Source: Octopus bimaculoides (lineage: Eukaryota). Taken from it: DNA of 64,000 bases. A program made the position numbers and the translations under genes. Under the pieces are notes generated by a model that made no database searches, was not told where the DNA came from, and saw only the letters and a list, made by a program, of their open reading frames with translations. The stretch is from NCBI RefSeq assembly GCF_001194135.2, contig NC_068984.1, forward strand, positions 120,389,933-120,453,932. The letters run 5' to 3'. Numbering within the stretch: the stretch's first letter is position 1; each line of letters starts with the position of its first letter. This document shows positions 48,180 through 61,497 of this stretch, one piece after another.

Positions 48180-48620
48180 ATATAGAAAATGAAGTGGATC
48201 TAGTCATTATACAAGCTGCTGAAAAATATGAGCATGTGTTTCAGTCTTGTTAGACTTCAACAGAGCATATTCCACTCAGTTGGTTAAACTAACAGAGATC
48301 AATATAAATAGAAGAAAGGTAGTGTTGCTGATTAGGGATATGAACTGTATTGCTGCGGGAAAAATACATCAGGAAAGGGTAGTCTTTTGTACAGTATAAA
48401 TACCATTATTAGGATTTCATTTGTTTAATATAATGAACTGAAAACCTTCAATTAACTGAGATTTATCAGTTAATTAAACAAAAATTTCTTCTAGGAGTGT
48501 CTAAAACCTAAGAGAGAGAGAGAGAAAGAGGATGCCAGTAAAATCAATTGAAGTTTTTGGGAAATAGAGAAAATGCTGTGTAGGAGTGGATTTGGTTGTT
48601 ATTCTAACTAATAAAAGTAA
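48180..48620 (+). pseudogene. Possible old RTE-type RT remnant
   Basis: LLDFNRAY..VVLLIRDM resembles FIDxEKAFD..VxLIRDMY; weak. Confidence 0.3.
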
Positions 48621-48727
48621 TGGCTGTATTTTGGTCTTATTAAATCTCTTCACTGAAGCATGTTCTAAGATTAAAACTAATATTTAGAGTGATCTGTAGA
48701 AATAGAGAATACAGTGATTTTGATTAA

Positions 48728-48895
48728 AGGTGCAGGTATGTTATTGGGGTTAAGAAGTTTACTTCTGGCTATGTGGTTTTAGGTTCAGTTCCGTTGCGAA
48801 GCACTTTGGGGAAATGTCTTCTACTATTGCTCATGACCGAAAAAACCCTTGTGAATAGATTTTGTAGATGGGAATTGAAAGAAGCCCATCGTGTG
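48728..48895 (+). mobile_element. SINE-A head
   Basis: GGTGCAGGTATG..GGTTCAGTTCCGTTGCG..GTCTTCTACTAT..GAAAGAAGCCCATCG. Confidence 0.7.
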
Positions 48896-48940
48896 CGTGT
48901 GTGTGTCATGTGCCTGTGTGAGTATGTGTGTGTGTGTGTA

Positions 48941-48941
48941 G

Positions 48942-49032
<91 letters not shown>

Positions 49033-49057
49033 TATATATATAATATATAATACACAC

Positions 49058-49130
<73 letters not shown>
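48941..49130. repeat. Long (CA)n/(TA)n compound microsatellite
   Basis: Read directly from the sequence. Confidence 0.95.
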
Positions 49131-49133
<3 letters not shown>

Positions 49134-49386
49134 CATCATCAGCATCGTTTAACGTCTGCTTTCCATGCTGGCATAGGCTGTCAATCCTGGTGGTTGCTCC
49201 GACTCCAATCTATTCTGGTAAGGTTTCTACAGCTGGATGTCTTTCCTAATGCCAACCACTCCGCGAATGTAGTAGGGGATTTTTACGTGCCACTGGCACA
49301 GGGCCAGTCAGGTGGCACTGGCATCGACCACACTTGAACGGTGCTTTTTACGTGCTACAGCACGGGAGCCAGTCAGGCAGCACTGA
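49134..49386 (-). mobile_element. RTE-type 3' tail with about 2 UTR array units
   Basis: CATCATCAGCATCGTTTAACGTCTGCTTTCCATGCTGGCAT..GGATGTCTTTCCTAATGCCAACC..TTTTTACGTGCCACTGGCACAGGGCCAGTCAGG. Confidence 0.8.
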
Positions 49387-50384
49387 TATATGTGTGTATG
49401 TGTGTGTGTATATATACACACACACACACACACATGTATACAAGGTTGTACTCCAGCATGGCCACAGTCTAATAACTGAAACAAGTGAATAAAAGAATAT
49501 GTATATATGTTTGTGTGTGTGTTTGTGTTTCTACTTGTCTTTTGACGTCATGGCAAAGTTATAAACAAACATTACTGTCATGCAAGCTGAGCTCCGCATT
49601 ATCAGCTTTCTGTGTAAGCATGCCTGGTCATGGGGAAATATTGCCTTGCTTGGAAATGGATCAGGGTTGGTAAACAAGGATGACATCTAACTGTTGGAAA
49701 CTTATCTCAATGAATTCTTTCAGACCCATGCAAGCATGGAGAAAATATGAATATTAGAATGTTGATGATGATGGTGGTGGTGGTGGTGGTGAGGAGGAGG
49801 AGACCCTATCGTACAGATTTAGTGAATTTTCTCAAATAATACCTTGCAGTAAACTAGAGACAGTGGGCTTTGGTTTCACCAAAATTAAAACCTACTCAGA
49901 AATGATTAGGACTTAAACTGCATTTCTAACATATCCTGTATTTTGGGAAGGTTTTATAATGAAGAAATTAAGAAGCCTCTTGAGAATAGAAGAGCATTGA
50001 AAACAAAAAAAGAATTGAAGAATATTTGAGCATTTATATTGTGATGAAGGAAATTTTCATAATTGATAGAAAACACAGAAAGAATAAAACCAAAGTAGTA
50101 GAATTGCTGAAAGTCTAATCAGTAAGCTCAATGTTGTCATCAACTTTATATGGCTGTCTTGAGCAAAAAATATATTTAGCTAAGCTAAGAATGTAGCATT
50201 AAATATACATGTATCTGTGGTGTAATGGAAAAGAGCTATATCTAGTTCAAATCCAGCCAGAAATAAGACAACTATGACAATTGAAGTGCAAATTGATCAA
50301 AACTTACATGTAGTTGTAATCATTTAAAAAAAAAAAAAGCATAATTTTTAAAGATGAGATGAAAAGACCATTATACATACATAT

Positions 50385-50686
50385 ATATCCATATCTAGGA
50401 GATGGAGTCGATGAAATCCAGGCTACATATGTTTCCTAGCTAATACAACCTCAGAAGTAATAACTACCCAAATGAGGGGTGCTCTACTAGCTATTCTATC
50501 AAATCTCCTGCAAGTTAACATGGGATCTCTTGACAAGGTAACCTTCATTTGACTAAGGTAATTTTGGCCTGATGAATAGCTAGTGGAGTACCCCTCGTTT
50601 AGTTAATTAGTACTTCCGAGGTTCTGCTAGCTAGGAAACATATGTAGCCTGGATTTTATCTATGCCATTCCCTAAATTTGGATTTT
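50385..50686. repeat. Long inverted repeat (foldback / MITE-like), ~115-bp arms
   Basis: Arms 50385-50500 and 50571-50686; perfect 29-bp match between 50414-50442 and 50628-50656. Confidence 0.85.
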
Positions 50687-50902
50687 CACATACACAGCAA
50701 CCCCAGTTGCTAACCGTGAATTATAAAATAACTTTTTTCAGCTTAATGAACTTCAATATGGGCAAAGTTTACAACCTTCTATATCAATAGACCACTATTG
50801 TTCCTAGAAAGTTGTTTTTTATACCTTCTACAGACTGCTTGAAGCTTACTAACTTCCTACACCCAGATCCTTGGATCTTACCTTTACACACACATACATG
50901 CG

Positions 50903-50948
<46 letters not shown>

Positions 50949-51419
50949 TACATACATATGTGATTATATTTTACTGACTATATTTCATTCATTCCAAACC
51001 TGTAATACATAAACATGAGATTAAAAGTGCATGGTTTAATATTTGATTTTTTGTCTCTTCTATTCCCTTTCCTTTACTTGTAGAATATCTATAAAATCTA
51101 TTTTGCTAGCAAGTCAAAATAACTGTGCTTATTTTTCTTATTTTTCTGTTGCATTCTTTCATAAATTCTTCATCTCTAACGATACATTTATTCGATGTTA
51201 TGTAAGTTCTGGCTACAGTATGAAAATTTGAATAAGAAAGAACAGCTATATTGTTGGAATGGAAATATAAAAACTTGAAGCAAATGAACACATCCCTTTA
51301 TCAAACTCATTCTTTAAAGATTACATATTCAATATATTTGTATGCAAGTCTTTCTCCTTGCATCTAAAAAGAGAGAAAAAAATGAAGAAATTTCCAATTG
51401 TGCTTCTCATTGTTGAATA

Positions 51420-52140
51420 ATCCTGGTCAGCTCTTCAATGGTATTGGTTACCTCTTGAAGGCTTAGAAGCAAGGCTTTTCGCCACCTCTGCAAATTTCCT
51501 TTGTCATGTTTCAATTTGGTATGGATCACACTTATAGTTTCTCATGCTGTGGTTGCTCTCTAGGATATAGAATGACAGTAAGAGTTTGTTTATTAGATAT
51601 TCTTCTGGTCCAGTGGATCTTTTCTATCGTTGTTTGATCTGTTTAAATATAGCAAACCAAATTTCTATAAAATCTCTACTGCCTTTAAAATGGGCAACCA
51701 CACGATAGCTGAAAAATCTCAGTTTCTGTTAAAAATCCATATTGATTCAGATATATTCCAATGTATAAATATTGAATTTTGCTTGAGAAGAGCTGGTTTT
51801 TAAATTTCCCATGGATGTCAGCGATTTAACTATTGCACTTGATATATGTAGTTTCCATAACTCTGGGTAAGCAAAAAACATTTACGATTAACAACCAAAT
51901 CAGTAATGTGTGAACTATTTTCGGTTCTCAACTAGAAGTTATCACTAGTTATACTTTATTCATCTTCTTCAATAAAAACAAAACAATGATTTACTGTCTC
52001 ATTCTCAGAAAAATAACCTGTTTGTTTTCTTTTTCTCTTTTGAATACTATTTGTAAAATGTTTATGATTTCCATGGATTTCACAAATATCTTTAAAACTT
52101 GATTTTCTGCTTGCTGAAGGAATTGTTTGAGAACAGCATT
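51420..52140 (-). pseudogene. Possible old non-LTR RT N-terminal remnant
   Basis: IFKQIKQ..STGPE and KHDKGNLQRWRKALLLS resemble KxPGPDG and KGDxxNxxNWRPISLL; many stops. Confidence 0.35.
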
Positions 52141-52861
52141 GCATTTATTTACTCCTTTTATTTGTATGTTTTCCTGTTTAGCTTTCTTCTTTCATTCATT
52201 CTCAATTTCTTTTCTTTTTTCTTTTTTCTTTAAATATTTAGCTATGTGTAAAAGCTGTGAAGCTTGGATAACATGTTCTTGATATATTATCTGCTGAGAA
52301 AATGTATGAGTCTAGATGTACCATTGATTATATATTAAAAGATGAAGCCCATTATTAATAATACAGTTCATGTAATGAATGAGTAAATAAGGAAATAAAA
52401 TACTTAATAGTATGTAGATATATCAATAAAATTATATGTATTCTTTTTATTTTCATAGATTTATTTGTATGCATGCATGTGTATGTATGTCTCTAAAAGA
52501 GAGAGAGAGATAGAGATAGAGAGAGAGAGAGAGAGAGAGATGAGAAGTGTATGTTTGAAACATGTGTTTCCATGTTTATATTTATAAGTTTTATATTTCA
52601 TGTTTCCATGGTAGAATGAGTAGGCTGGTTTTACAAATTTTAATAGTTAGGAAAAGCGATTTTCCACTCAAATGCAAGTGGTGTGTTATTTATCTTCAAT
52701 GTGCCTTGAGTAGGAGGAGAACAGCATTAATGCTTCTTGTAGGGTCAGATGTTGTTAGTGATCTATTACTCTAAACCTTTCAGCCATCCTACATATAAAT
52801 ATATGTTTGTCTCTATAGTTTGTAAAAATACATCTATTTTGTAGTTATTTAATTAGCTGCA

Positions 52862-53030
52862 ACTATAGCTGTGTGGCTAAGAAGCTTGCTTTGCAACCAT
52901 GTGGTTTTGGGTTCAGTCCTACTGCATTGTACTTTGGGCAACTGTCTTCAATTATAGTCCTGGGCTGACAAATTCCTTGTCAGTGAATGTGAATGACAGA
53001 AACTATGTGGAAGCCTATCTTATAATGTAC
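52862..53030 (+). mobile_element. SINE-A head
   Basis: GCTGTGTGGCTAAGAAGCTTGCTTTGCAACCATGTGG..GGGTTCAGTCC..CTTTGGGCAAC. Confidence 0.72.
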
Positions 53031-53310
53031 ATGTATCTTTGTGTTTTGACTTTTGAACAGGACACTTCATTCTACATTTCTCAGTACATCTAGTGGTTGT
53101 CAGTAGGTACCAGTATACTGTCTGCAATAAACTGAACTAGTGTCTTAACCTGTGAAAAAAAAAATATCTGATTCTTTTTACCTTAGTAAATCAGATTGGA
53201 AATCTTAAACTTATGAACCCTTGTGGTTTATGAAGATATTGGATAATCTAACTTAATTTGTATAAATATCTTGCTTGAAGATAATTTCATTGTAATAAGT
53301 TTTCATTCAT

Positions 53311-53520
53311 TTAACCATTTTCTTACCATATTTCTGTTGAAATAATCTGTCTTTGTTTCAGTCAATTTTGAAAATGTCAAAGAATTTAGTAAAATAACTG
53401 TTGTTATTCAAACTGGTGTCTGGAATATAAAAGAACATGAAAAGTTTTGATGGAAGATTTTTATTGGTCACTTTAAAGCAGCGAGTTTAATCTCATTGAG
53501 TTAGGGATAGTGTCAGACCC
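53311..53520. mobile_element. MITE P1, degenerate
   Basis: TTAACCATTTTCTTACCATATTTCTGTTGAAAT..GAATTTAGTAAAATAACT..TTTTGATGGAAG. Confidence 0.65.
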
Positions 53521-53698
53521 TTTTGTATGAATTTAACCCTTTTGTATTTTTATACTGATTTATTGATAATAATGAATTGCTTTGAACTTATTCTCTATTT
53601 TATGGTCAGATGTATTAATAAATTTGTTCTTGTTTGTTCAGGTAGGCCAAAGGTTTGGAGTATAATTCTTAAATTGTTTTTCACTCTTATCTATGTCC

Positions 53699-53733
<35 letters not shown>

Positions 53734-54123
53734 TATATATATCTGTTTTAATAAATAGTTAATTAACTTGGATTTTTAAAAATTATAATTCTGAAAACAA
53801 TAATACTTTTGATTATTGAAAGTTTTTGATGACCTATAAGAATAATCTATGGTTTTTGGACTTTTATTTTACAATTAACTTTTAAAAGCTATTTTTCAAT
53901 GTGCTTAATGATTCTCCTTTGTTATGTGCCATTGATATCACTTCTCTCCTGCAAAACTTGTGTGATAAAGTTTTGTGAGACTGAGGGATAATTTGTATCA
54001 TTTATATAATTACATTGTTCTTGAATGATATTTCCTTCTATCTGAAATGTATATACATTTTTCTCAGATAAAGTCTCTTACAAGCTGGAAGAAATTCAGA
54101 ACATTTATATCTGAAAAGTATTT

Positions 54124-54160
<37 letters not shown>

Positions 54161-55091
54161 TAAAGAATAAAAAAAAAAGCAAAATATTTATCCCATAACC
54201 TAATGGAAGAGAATCAATTTTATTTTAACATTTTGTGATCAGAACTGTCTGGAAATGGGTAATCAGCACAATATTGATTTTAGTGCAAAGGAAGAAGCAC
54301 TTTTATTAGTCAGGCTAAGACATTAGATGTGTAAGAGGAATAAAAGAGCTTGAATCAGAAAGTGAAACTGGGCTGCATACTTAGTTGTTGGGAGCCATAT
54401 ATATTGTTCTCTTTGCATTGGTATTGTATATAGATGTGAAATATTCATGTTGAAAAGCTTTGCAGTATCTAATGCAGAAAGAGACAGCAGTTAGATATTG
54501 AATTTATAATAGGAATCAAAAGAATAAACGGAGCAAAAATTACTGTACTGGCTGTGAATAATTATAGAAGTAGTAGTAGTAGTAGTAGTAGTGATAGAAC
54601 TGTGAATAGCATACCACTAACTACTACAAATAGTTGATAGCATTTTTGAAAATATATGATGTAAATTGAGTAAGGAAATCTGATAACTACATTATAATTG
54701 CCCTAGTGGAGATTAACCAAAAAAACTAATTGAAGGAATTAATGTATATTAACTTCCAAGAGATGGGAGAAATATATATGAAGCTGTTGATAAGAATGAT
54801 GATGTAATACATTTGGGTTTATGACTCACTTTGCATTTACAGCATTTGAAATGATGGTGATTGGTTCGTTTCAGATATAAATTTTGATATTGCATTTTGT
54901 CCTTTTTGTAAGGCATGTTATTCCTTTTGATCCAGACTTCCTTTTGAATTTTTGCAAAAGTTCAGATTTCAGATTTAGGGGGGAAAAAAGTGTATTGTCA
55001 AAAATATATGAAAAAGCTCTAACATGAATGACTGAAATTTTTGTTTTGACTCATTTTCATTGAAATATTCAAATATTTGTGTGCGTGCGTT

Positions 55092-55332
55092 TTAACCTGT
55101 TGCCTATCTAAAGCATTTTCATAAATTTGTCCTAAATGTCCATGCTCGTTTTCAGACTTTTAATTAGCTTTTGTTTTATATGTTCTGAGGAGTGTAAAGC
55201 TTTCGTTTCCTAACTCCCAAATTATTCTGGTAGTTGAAAAAATTTGTAATGTGTATCATGTATGATGCATGGACAGCTGGGAAATATGTCTTGCATATTC
55301 GCATATGATGCACAAGACAGACAAAAGGTTAA
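55092..55332. mobile_element. TTAA-flanked MITE family P3; degenerate copy at 2594-2800
   Basis: TTAACCTGTTG ... ACAAAAGGTTAA; both loci share TGTCCATGCT..TTCAGACTTTTA..TTGTTTTATA..AAAGCTTTC..ATGATGCATGGA..GAAATATGTC. Confidence 0.65.
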
Positions 55333-55467
55333 AATCCAGTTTCTTATCTAAAAATGACTGCATAAATGAATTTCAAGGTTTTTAATGACATATTTTATGA
55401 TTTCATTTTCTCAGTCATCATCTGTTTCTTTACAATTGAGAAATTTTGAATTTTTCAGTAAATGGCA

Positions 55468-55845
55468 CAAGCATGGCTGTGTGGTTAAGAAGCTCATTTT
55501 GCAACCATATGGTTTCAGGTTCAGTCCCATTCTGTGGCACCTTGAACAGGTGTCTTCCACTATAGCCCCAAGCCAACCAATGCTTTGTGAATGAATTTGG
55601 TAAACAGAAACTGTGAAAGCCTGCCTTATACATTTACATATAAGTGTGTGTGTGTGTGTGTATCTTTGTGTCTGTGTTTGTTTCCACCACCACTTGACAA
55701 CTGGTGTGTGTTTGTTTATGTCCGTGTAATTTTGCAGTTCAGCTAAAAAGATTAATAGAATAAGTAACAATCTTGAAAAATTGAGTACTGGTGTTCGTTT
55801 GCTCAACTAAACCCTTCAAGTCCAGTGACTGAAGCAAGTAAAATA
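55468..55845 (+). mobile_element. SINE-A, full length
   Basis: GCATGGCTGTGTGGTTAAG..GGTTCAGTCCC..GTGTCTTCCACTATAGCC..(TG)n..AATAGAATAAGTAAC..GTGACTGAAGCAAGTAAAA. Confidence 0.8.
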
Positions 55846-56475
55846 TAAAGGTTAAAATATACTGTTCCAGCTGATCTCATTTGGGAAATGCCTGTAAAGA
55901 TGCTTATAGTCTCTTTAAATTGCAAAGAATAATTTTGGCAAGTTCCTTTTTAATACCTACCTGTAAGATTATTATAATTTTGTGAGTAACCCGATGTTAG
56001 TGTATCCTGTACAGAATAATTTTTATTCATGTTCGCAGTTTCAGATTAGCTTTACTATTGTAGAAGAGCATATCCTAATTGGGGTTTCCTGGAACCCTAC
56101 AGTTCTGTAATAGGTCATCAGGAGTTCTACAAGAAATACTAATAAATAGACTAATTATATGCAAAGGCATTTTTAGTCATTTTTGTGTTTAATTCTATAT
56201 TTGTAATGTCATTTTATTATACATGCATGGTACATTCCTTAAAGGAGGGAAATCCTGGCATCTGTAGCTTATAAGATGACTCTGCAGGGGTAACATGTCT
56301 TTTTAAAAGGAATTGTTCTTGCTTTAGAAAACAGTTGTAAACTTTCATTGTGACATTTGATGGATTTAGATTGCCAAACTTTTCAAAGACAGTTTTATGA
56401 TTTGCTTAATCCCTTATAAAATTTAACTTTAAGCCCTTTAGCATTTAGATTAAGTTTATGCTAAATACATAGGTG

Positions 56476-56895
56476 TAGGCATGGCTGTGTGGTGAGAAGC
56501 TTGCTTCCTAACCCCATGGTTCGGGGTTCAGTTTAGCTGTGTGGCATCTTGGGCAAGTGTCTACTACTATAGCCTTGGGCTGATCAAAGCCCTGTGAGTG
56601 AATTTGGTAGAGGGAAATTGGAAGAAGTTCATTGTGTGTGTATGTGTATATATATATATGTGTGTGTGTGTGTGTATATGTATGTGTATCTTTGTGTCTA
56701 TTTGTTCCCCCCACCCCTGCTTGACAGCTGGTGATGGTGTCTTTACGACCCCGTGACTTAGCAGTTTGGCAACAGAGACCAATAGAATAAGTAACAAGCT
56801 TTTAAAAAATAAGTACTAGGGTTGATACATTCGACTAAAAATTCTTCAAGGCAGTGCCCCAGCATGGCTGAATCAATTAAATGATAAAAGATAAC
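56476..56895 (+). mobile_element. SINE-A, full length
   Basis: GGCATGGCTGTGTGGTGAG..CTTGGGCAAGTGTC..GACCAATAGAATAAGTAAC..GTGCCCCAGCATGGC. Confidence 0.8.
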
Positions 56896-56929
56896 AGAAG
56901 ATACAGTTTGTGTTAATTATAGTTTATAT

Positions 56930-57116
56930 CAGTGCTTTGTAACCTTTTTTCACTCACAGTACACTTATATTCTTTTCAAAATTCAGCAGTACACCTGAAC
57001 TAAAAATATGACTAAAAGTATAGGGGAAAAAATTAATGTTCAAGTTACACTGCGGCACACCTAGCATTATCTTGTGACACACTAGTGTGCCATGGCATAC
57101 TGGTTGTGGAGCACTG
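56930..57116. mobile_element. hAT MITE with 8-bp target-site duplication
   Basis: CAGTGCTTTGTAACC ... GGTTGTGGAGCACTG; flanks GTTTATAT / GTTTATGT (7 of 8); internal GCGGCACAC..GTGTGCCATGGCA. Confidence 0.75.
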
Positions 57117-58828
57117 GTTTATGTTAATTGCATTTGTACTATATTGGACATCTTTTTCCTGGATTCAGTTCAGTTTATGAAGACTTCTTGGAAACTATAA
57201 GATGCTGGAGTTTTTTTTACAAACTCCATACAGACATCTTTACCTAAATAACTATTTAGCCCTACAGACTTAATTTTATTATCAGCTTCTTCTTATACAA
57301 GTGCACAAAATGGCTGACACTACGTAATTGAGATGCCGAAAATGGGCAAACATTCAAAAACCTATATCACTATGATAACTTGAGTGACAAAACTTGTTAA
57401 TAGTTTTCCAATCAATGACTATGCTAAATTTAATCAAAATCAGAAATAGAAATAATGCCCATAAAACTTTTTAAATTGATTGCATAATAATTTTATTCCT
57501 AAATCTATAGAACAAATGTTATTTTTTTTAAGTTACTGCTTTCAAGCTTTTTTGTATTAATTTAGTTTGTTTTAGATGTTGATGTCAGCTTTTGTTTTAA
57601 TCGGTTTGCTTCTCGTCAGCCTTGATTAAGCAGACCTATGATCAGAGGTTGTTCAGTCATGTCCATGCCATTTTTTTTATTTCATGCATTGCGTACTTAG
57701 GACTAGAGTATCCAATGCGTCCTTCATTTATAATAGGTTGTGATTTGAAGAAGATTTGGTTGTTATTTCTAGAGAATTTCTCAACCACATAAAAGCTCTT
57801 TTGTTGGCTATCATTTAAGCTGAACCCTGTTGTTAAAGCTCTATCTTATGATTTCTCTACAATATCCTCTGGTTTCTATTTAATATTACAGATTCTACTT
57901 TTCATTGTTTGTGTGTGTGTAATTTCATCAGTTTTGCAAAGTTTATCGTCCTTAAATTTTGTCAGAAATGCCAAGAATACTATGGTAAACACGTTCTTAG
58001 GAAAACAAACGTATGGCATGATTAATGAATGGCAAATCTATTTTTGATTAGGGAATTTGTTAAATTCAATGTTGAAACAGAAAAATATTTTTTTCTGATT
58101 TTGAAAAGGAAATGGTCGATAATTGTTGCTGTTTCCTTATGTAACTCTTAATGTTAAAAATAAAATACATTATCCAGAACAAATATATATCTTGCTGCAA
58201 AACAAGCAAGTATAATTAATGAAGCAGTCAGCCATGTCATCACATTTTTCTATATATTTTAAAAATTCTAACCAAATCTTTTTCAATGGACATTATCATA
58301 CTAATAAATGTAATACATTTAACTATCACACGTACCTATAGATACGTATACATATATATTTTAGTGACATTACAATCATTGAGTGAAATAATGGCTTGTT
58401 AGTAAGTTATGGTTGGACTTGGGACATATATAACCAGAAACATTTCTCAACTAAGTGATCAAAGTGGCTTTTTGATCATGTCGTTTGAAATTGGCTTGTT
58501 ATTGTTGAGTGGTTCTGATCAGCTTAGCTTGAGTAGATCTGTTACATAGATGGAGGTAAATTAAAGAAATTGTTCAGTGTTCTGATGTAATCATCTTGCA
58601 TTCAGTGTAGATATGTTGACCTTAAGGTTCAAAACACCTCCTTAGTGTTTAAAACACAAGGTCTCTAGCTTAAATATCATAGAGGATTTGGACAAGTTAA
58701 GCAACTATTGAGAAATTTCCTTTCTTGTTTTGTTTATGTTCTTTTTAAAATGCTAATAAGGGTTGTTATAGCTTCTGAAATGATTTAATTTTGCAGGCTT
58801 CTGCTAGCAATGTCAGTACTTTGCCTTC

Positions 58829-59047
58829 TTAATCCTTTAACATTTGGATTATTCTGATAAATGTAATACTTATTTCTTCATATTGCTTAGTATTACTCAT
58901 GCTTTATCTCAGCTTCAGTGATATCATTTGTTTATTTTTAGAATGACATTGCAGGGTAGATGTGAGAAGCTGGATCTGACTGATTTGAACATAAAACAGT
59001 TAGAATATCTGGGCTTGATGTGGCTGGTTTAAATGCTAAATGGTTAG
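58829..59047. mobile_element. MITE P2
   Basis: TTAATCCTTTAACATTT ... GGTTTAAATGCTAAATGGTTA. Confidence 0.75.
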
Positions 59048-59215
59048 GTCAGTGGTTTTCAATGTTTTTGACTTTGTTAGCACACTGTTGATCAAGTAAA
59101 AGATTACAATTGTGTTTCATCTGGAGAGTAAAAAAGATTGACCAACGTACTTTGCATGGGAAGTAATTTAAAAAAGAAAACCAAACAAACTAAACTTTAT
59201 ATATATATATATATA

Positions 59216-59812
59216 TCATCATCGTTTAACGTCCGCTTTCCATGCTAGCATGGGTTGGACGATTTGACTGAGGACTGGTGAAACCGGATGGCAACACCAG
59301 GCTCCAGTCTGATTTGGCAGAGTTTCTACAGCTGGATGCCCTTCCTAACGCCAACCACTCAGAGAGTGTAGTGGGTGCTTTTACGTGTCACCCGCACGAA
59401 AACGGCCACGCTCGAAATGGTGTCTTTTATGTGCCACCCGCACAAGCCNNNNNNNNNNNNNNNNNNNNNNNNNNNNNNNNNNNNAAGCCAGTCCAGGGGC
59501 ACTGGCAACGATCTCGCTCGAAAATCCTACAGGAGCCAGTCAGGCGGTACTGGCAACGGCCACGCTCAAAATGGTGCATCTCATGTGCCAACCGCACAAG
59601 AACCAGTCCAGGGGCACTGGCAACGATCTTACTTGGCTTGCCGGGTCTTCTCACGCACAGCCCATTTCCAAAGGTCTCGGTCCGTAGTCATCGCCTCGGT
59701 GAGGCCCAATGTACGAAGGTCTTGCCTCACCACCTCAGCCCAGGTCTTCCTGGGCCTACCTCTTCCACGGGTTCCCTCAACTGTTAGGGTGTGGCACTTT
59801 TTCACGCAGCTA
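59216..59812 (-). mobile_element. Young RTE LINE 3' end inserted in a (TA)n tract
   Basis: Minus strand encodes CVKKCHTLTVEGTRGRGRPRKTWAEVVRQDLRTLGLTEAM, then a rearranged UTR array and GAT tail; (TA)n at 59199-59216 and 59811-59822; small gap inside. Confidence 0.9.
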
Positions 59813-59947
59813 TATATATATCTTAATACCAGAAACTATTGTTTATTTTCAAACTTATGTGGTTCCCTTAGTGGTTATAACTATTGCAAGGGAGATAATC
59901 ATTTCATGATATGAGGCAGGATCTTGTTTTATCAATAATAATTGCAA

Positions 59948-60240
59948 GGATGGCTGTGTGGTTAAAATGTTCCTTTTGCAACAACATAGCTCTGGGTTCA
60001 GTGCCATTGTTTGACATCTTGAACTCAGCAAGTCTTGTTAGGCAGAAACTAACAAAAGAAACAAAACAAAAAAAACAACTGTTTTATGTATGTATGTGTG
60101 TGTGTGTGTGTGTGTGAGCATTCATGTATGCATATGTGTGTATTTGTTTTGACATTGTGATAACTGTTGGCAAACATCACTGCCATACAACTGGTGTCTT
60201 CCATGAAAACATGTCTGGTCATGAGGAAACATTACTTTAC
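59948..60240 (+). mobile_element. SINE-A head fragment + partial tail 2
   Basis: GGATGGCTGTGTGGTTAA..GGGTTCAGTGCC; CCATGAAAACATGTCTGGTCATGAGGAAACATTAC, similar to 49560-49770. Confidence 0.55.
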
Positions 60241-60264
60241 TTCAACTAATTCTTGCGTAAATTC

Positions 60265-60393
60265 AAAACCATTAGGAACATAAATTAAACATGAAATTTT
60301 GATGAAAGGTTTTAATTTAGATCATTCTAAAACAGTGCATTTGCATCTTAGAACCAGGGGCAGTCTCAGGTGGGTTAGTATCAAAAGGGTCAA
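60265..60393. mobile_element. MITE P1 right half
   Basis: GGAACATAAATTAAACATGAAATTTTGATG..GTCTCAGGTGGGTTAGTATCAAAAGGG. Confidence 0.65.
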
Positions 60394-60783
60394 ATTGTTT
60401 AAGTTCCCAAATCCTGTCTGCGTGTTTTCTGTGAAGCTGGATAAGATGTACCATGAAATGTTTATTCTCATATGATCTATTTCTTAAATTAATTTTACAA
60501 AATTGCTTTCTATATTAATTGAACATTTGTTATAGAATGGTAGGTGGTAAGAATGTTGTTGAATTTGTTTCAAAGAAATAATGCATCAATAAGTAAGTAG
60601 ATACCTGAAATCCATGAAGATTAGTAGTGGTCTGTATTAGCAAACATATTTGCTGGTAAATAAATAATTTCTTTAAATTTAATTATTTTGTTAGATATTT
60701 TTCATTTCCATAATTGGTTAATTATTACATGCAGTGTTATTTAATATTCAACGTTTCATCTTTTCATGGAACAACTAAAAGTG

Positions 60784-60796
60784 TAATAATAATAAT

Positions 60797-60843
<47 letters not shown>

Positions 60844-60852
60844 TAATAATAA
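60784..60852. repeat. (TAA)n microsatellite with no element inserted
   Basis: Read directly from the sequence. Confidence 0.95.
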
Positions 60853-61299
60853 AGATAATAATTGTAACATCTTGGGAATATTAAAAATTGGGAGAAACCA
60901 ATTTGAATTTTCTTTTCAATGCATGTTTAACTTTTCATTTTAAAATATACTGATAGCTGAGTATCCACCTGTCCATAAATGTGTATCCATCTATGCATGT
61001 TGATATTCATATCATTTGCACATTGCCATTGTATGTTGTTAGATTTACCTTGGCAATAGAAAAATTATCATTTTAAATACTAAATATATCACAATTGAAA
61101 TTTTCCATTTATAACTTTTATTATTAATTATTTTGATATCAGCATGTAAACAATCTATGAAATGTTAGTTACTCTTCAGTATTTCATTTTTTAAAATTAT
61201 TTTATTACTTATTACTACCACAGCTATTATTTGTGTGTTTCATATTTTCTCATTCTGTAAGACCTCTACTGGAATAATGATGTTAAAACTTATTATGTA

Positions 61300-61497
61300 T
61301 ACACTGCATTTCTTTCAAATAATTTACAAAATAATGAAGAATTTAGTAAAATAACTTATGCATTATCAAGTTGGTGTTTGGAACATAAATTAATGCGAAA
61401 TTTTGATAGAAAGCTTTAATTTAAATCACTTTAAAACAGGAAGTTTGTATCACAGAATTATAAACAATCTCAGGCTGGTTGGTATCAAAAAAAGTTA
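61300..61497. mobile_element. MITE P1
   Basis: TACACTGC..AAAATAATGAAGAATTTAGTAAAATAAC..GGTTGGTATCAAAA. Confidence 0.7.

Noticed and set aside
54300-54560. Possible old RTE C-terminal remnant (also 49980-50060, 16360-16500)
   Set aside because: Only one loose motif each; too degenerate to call.
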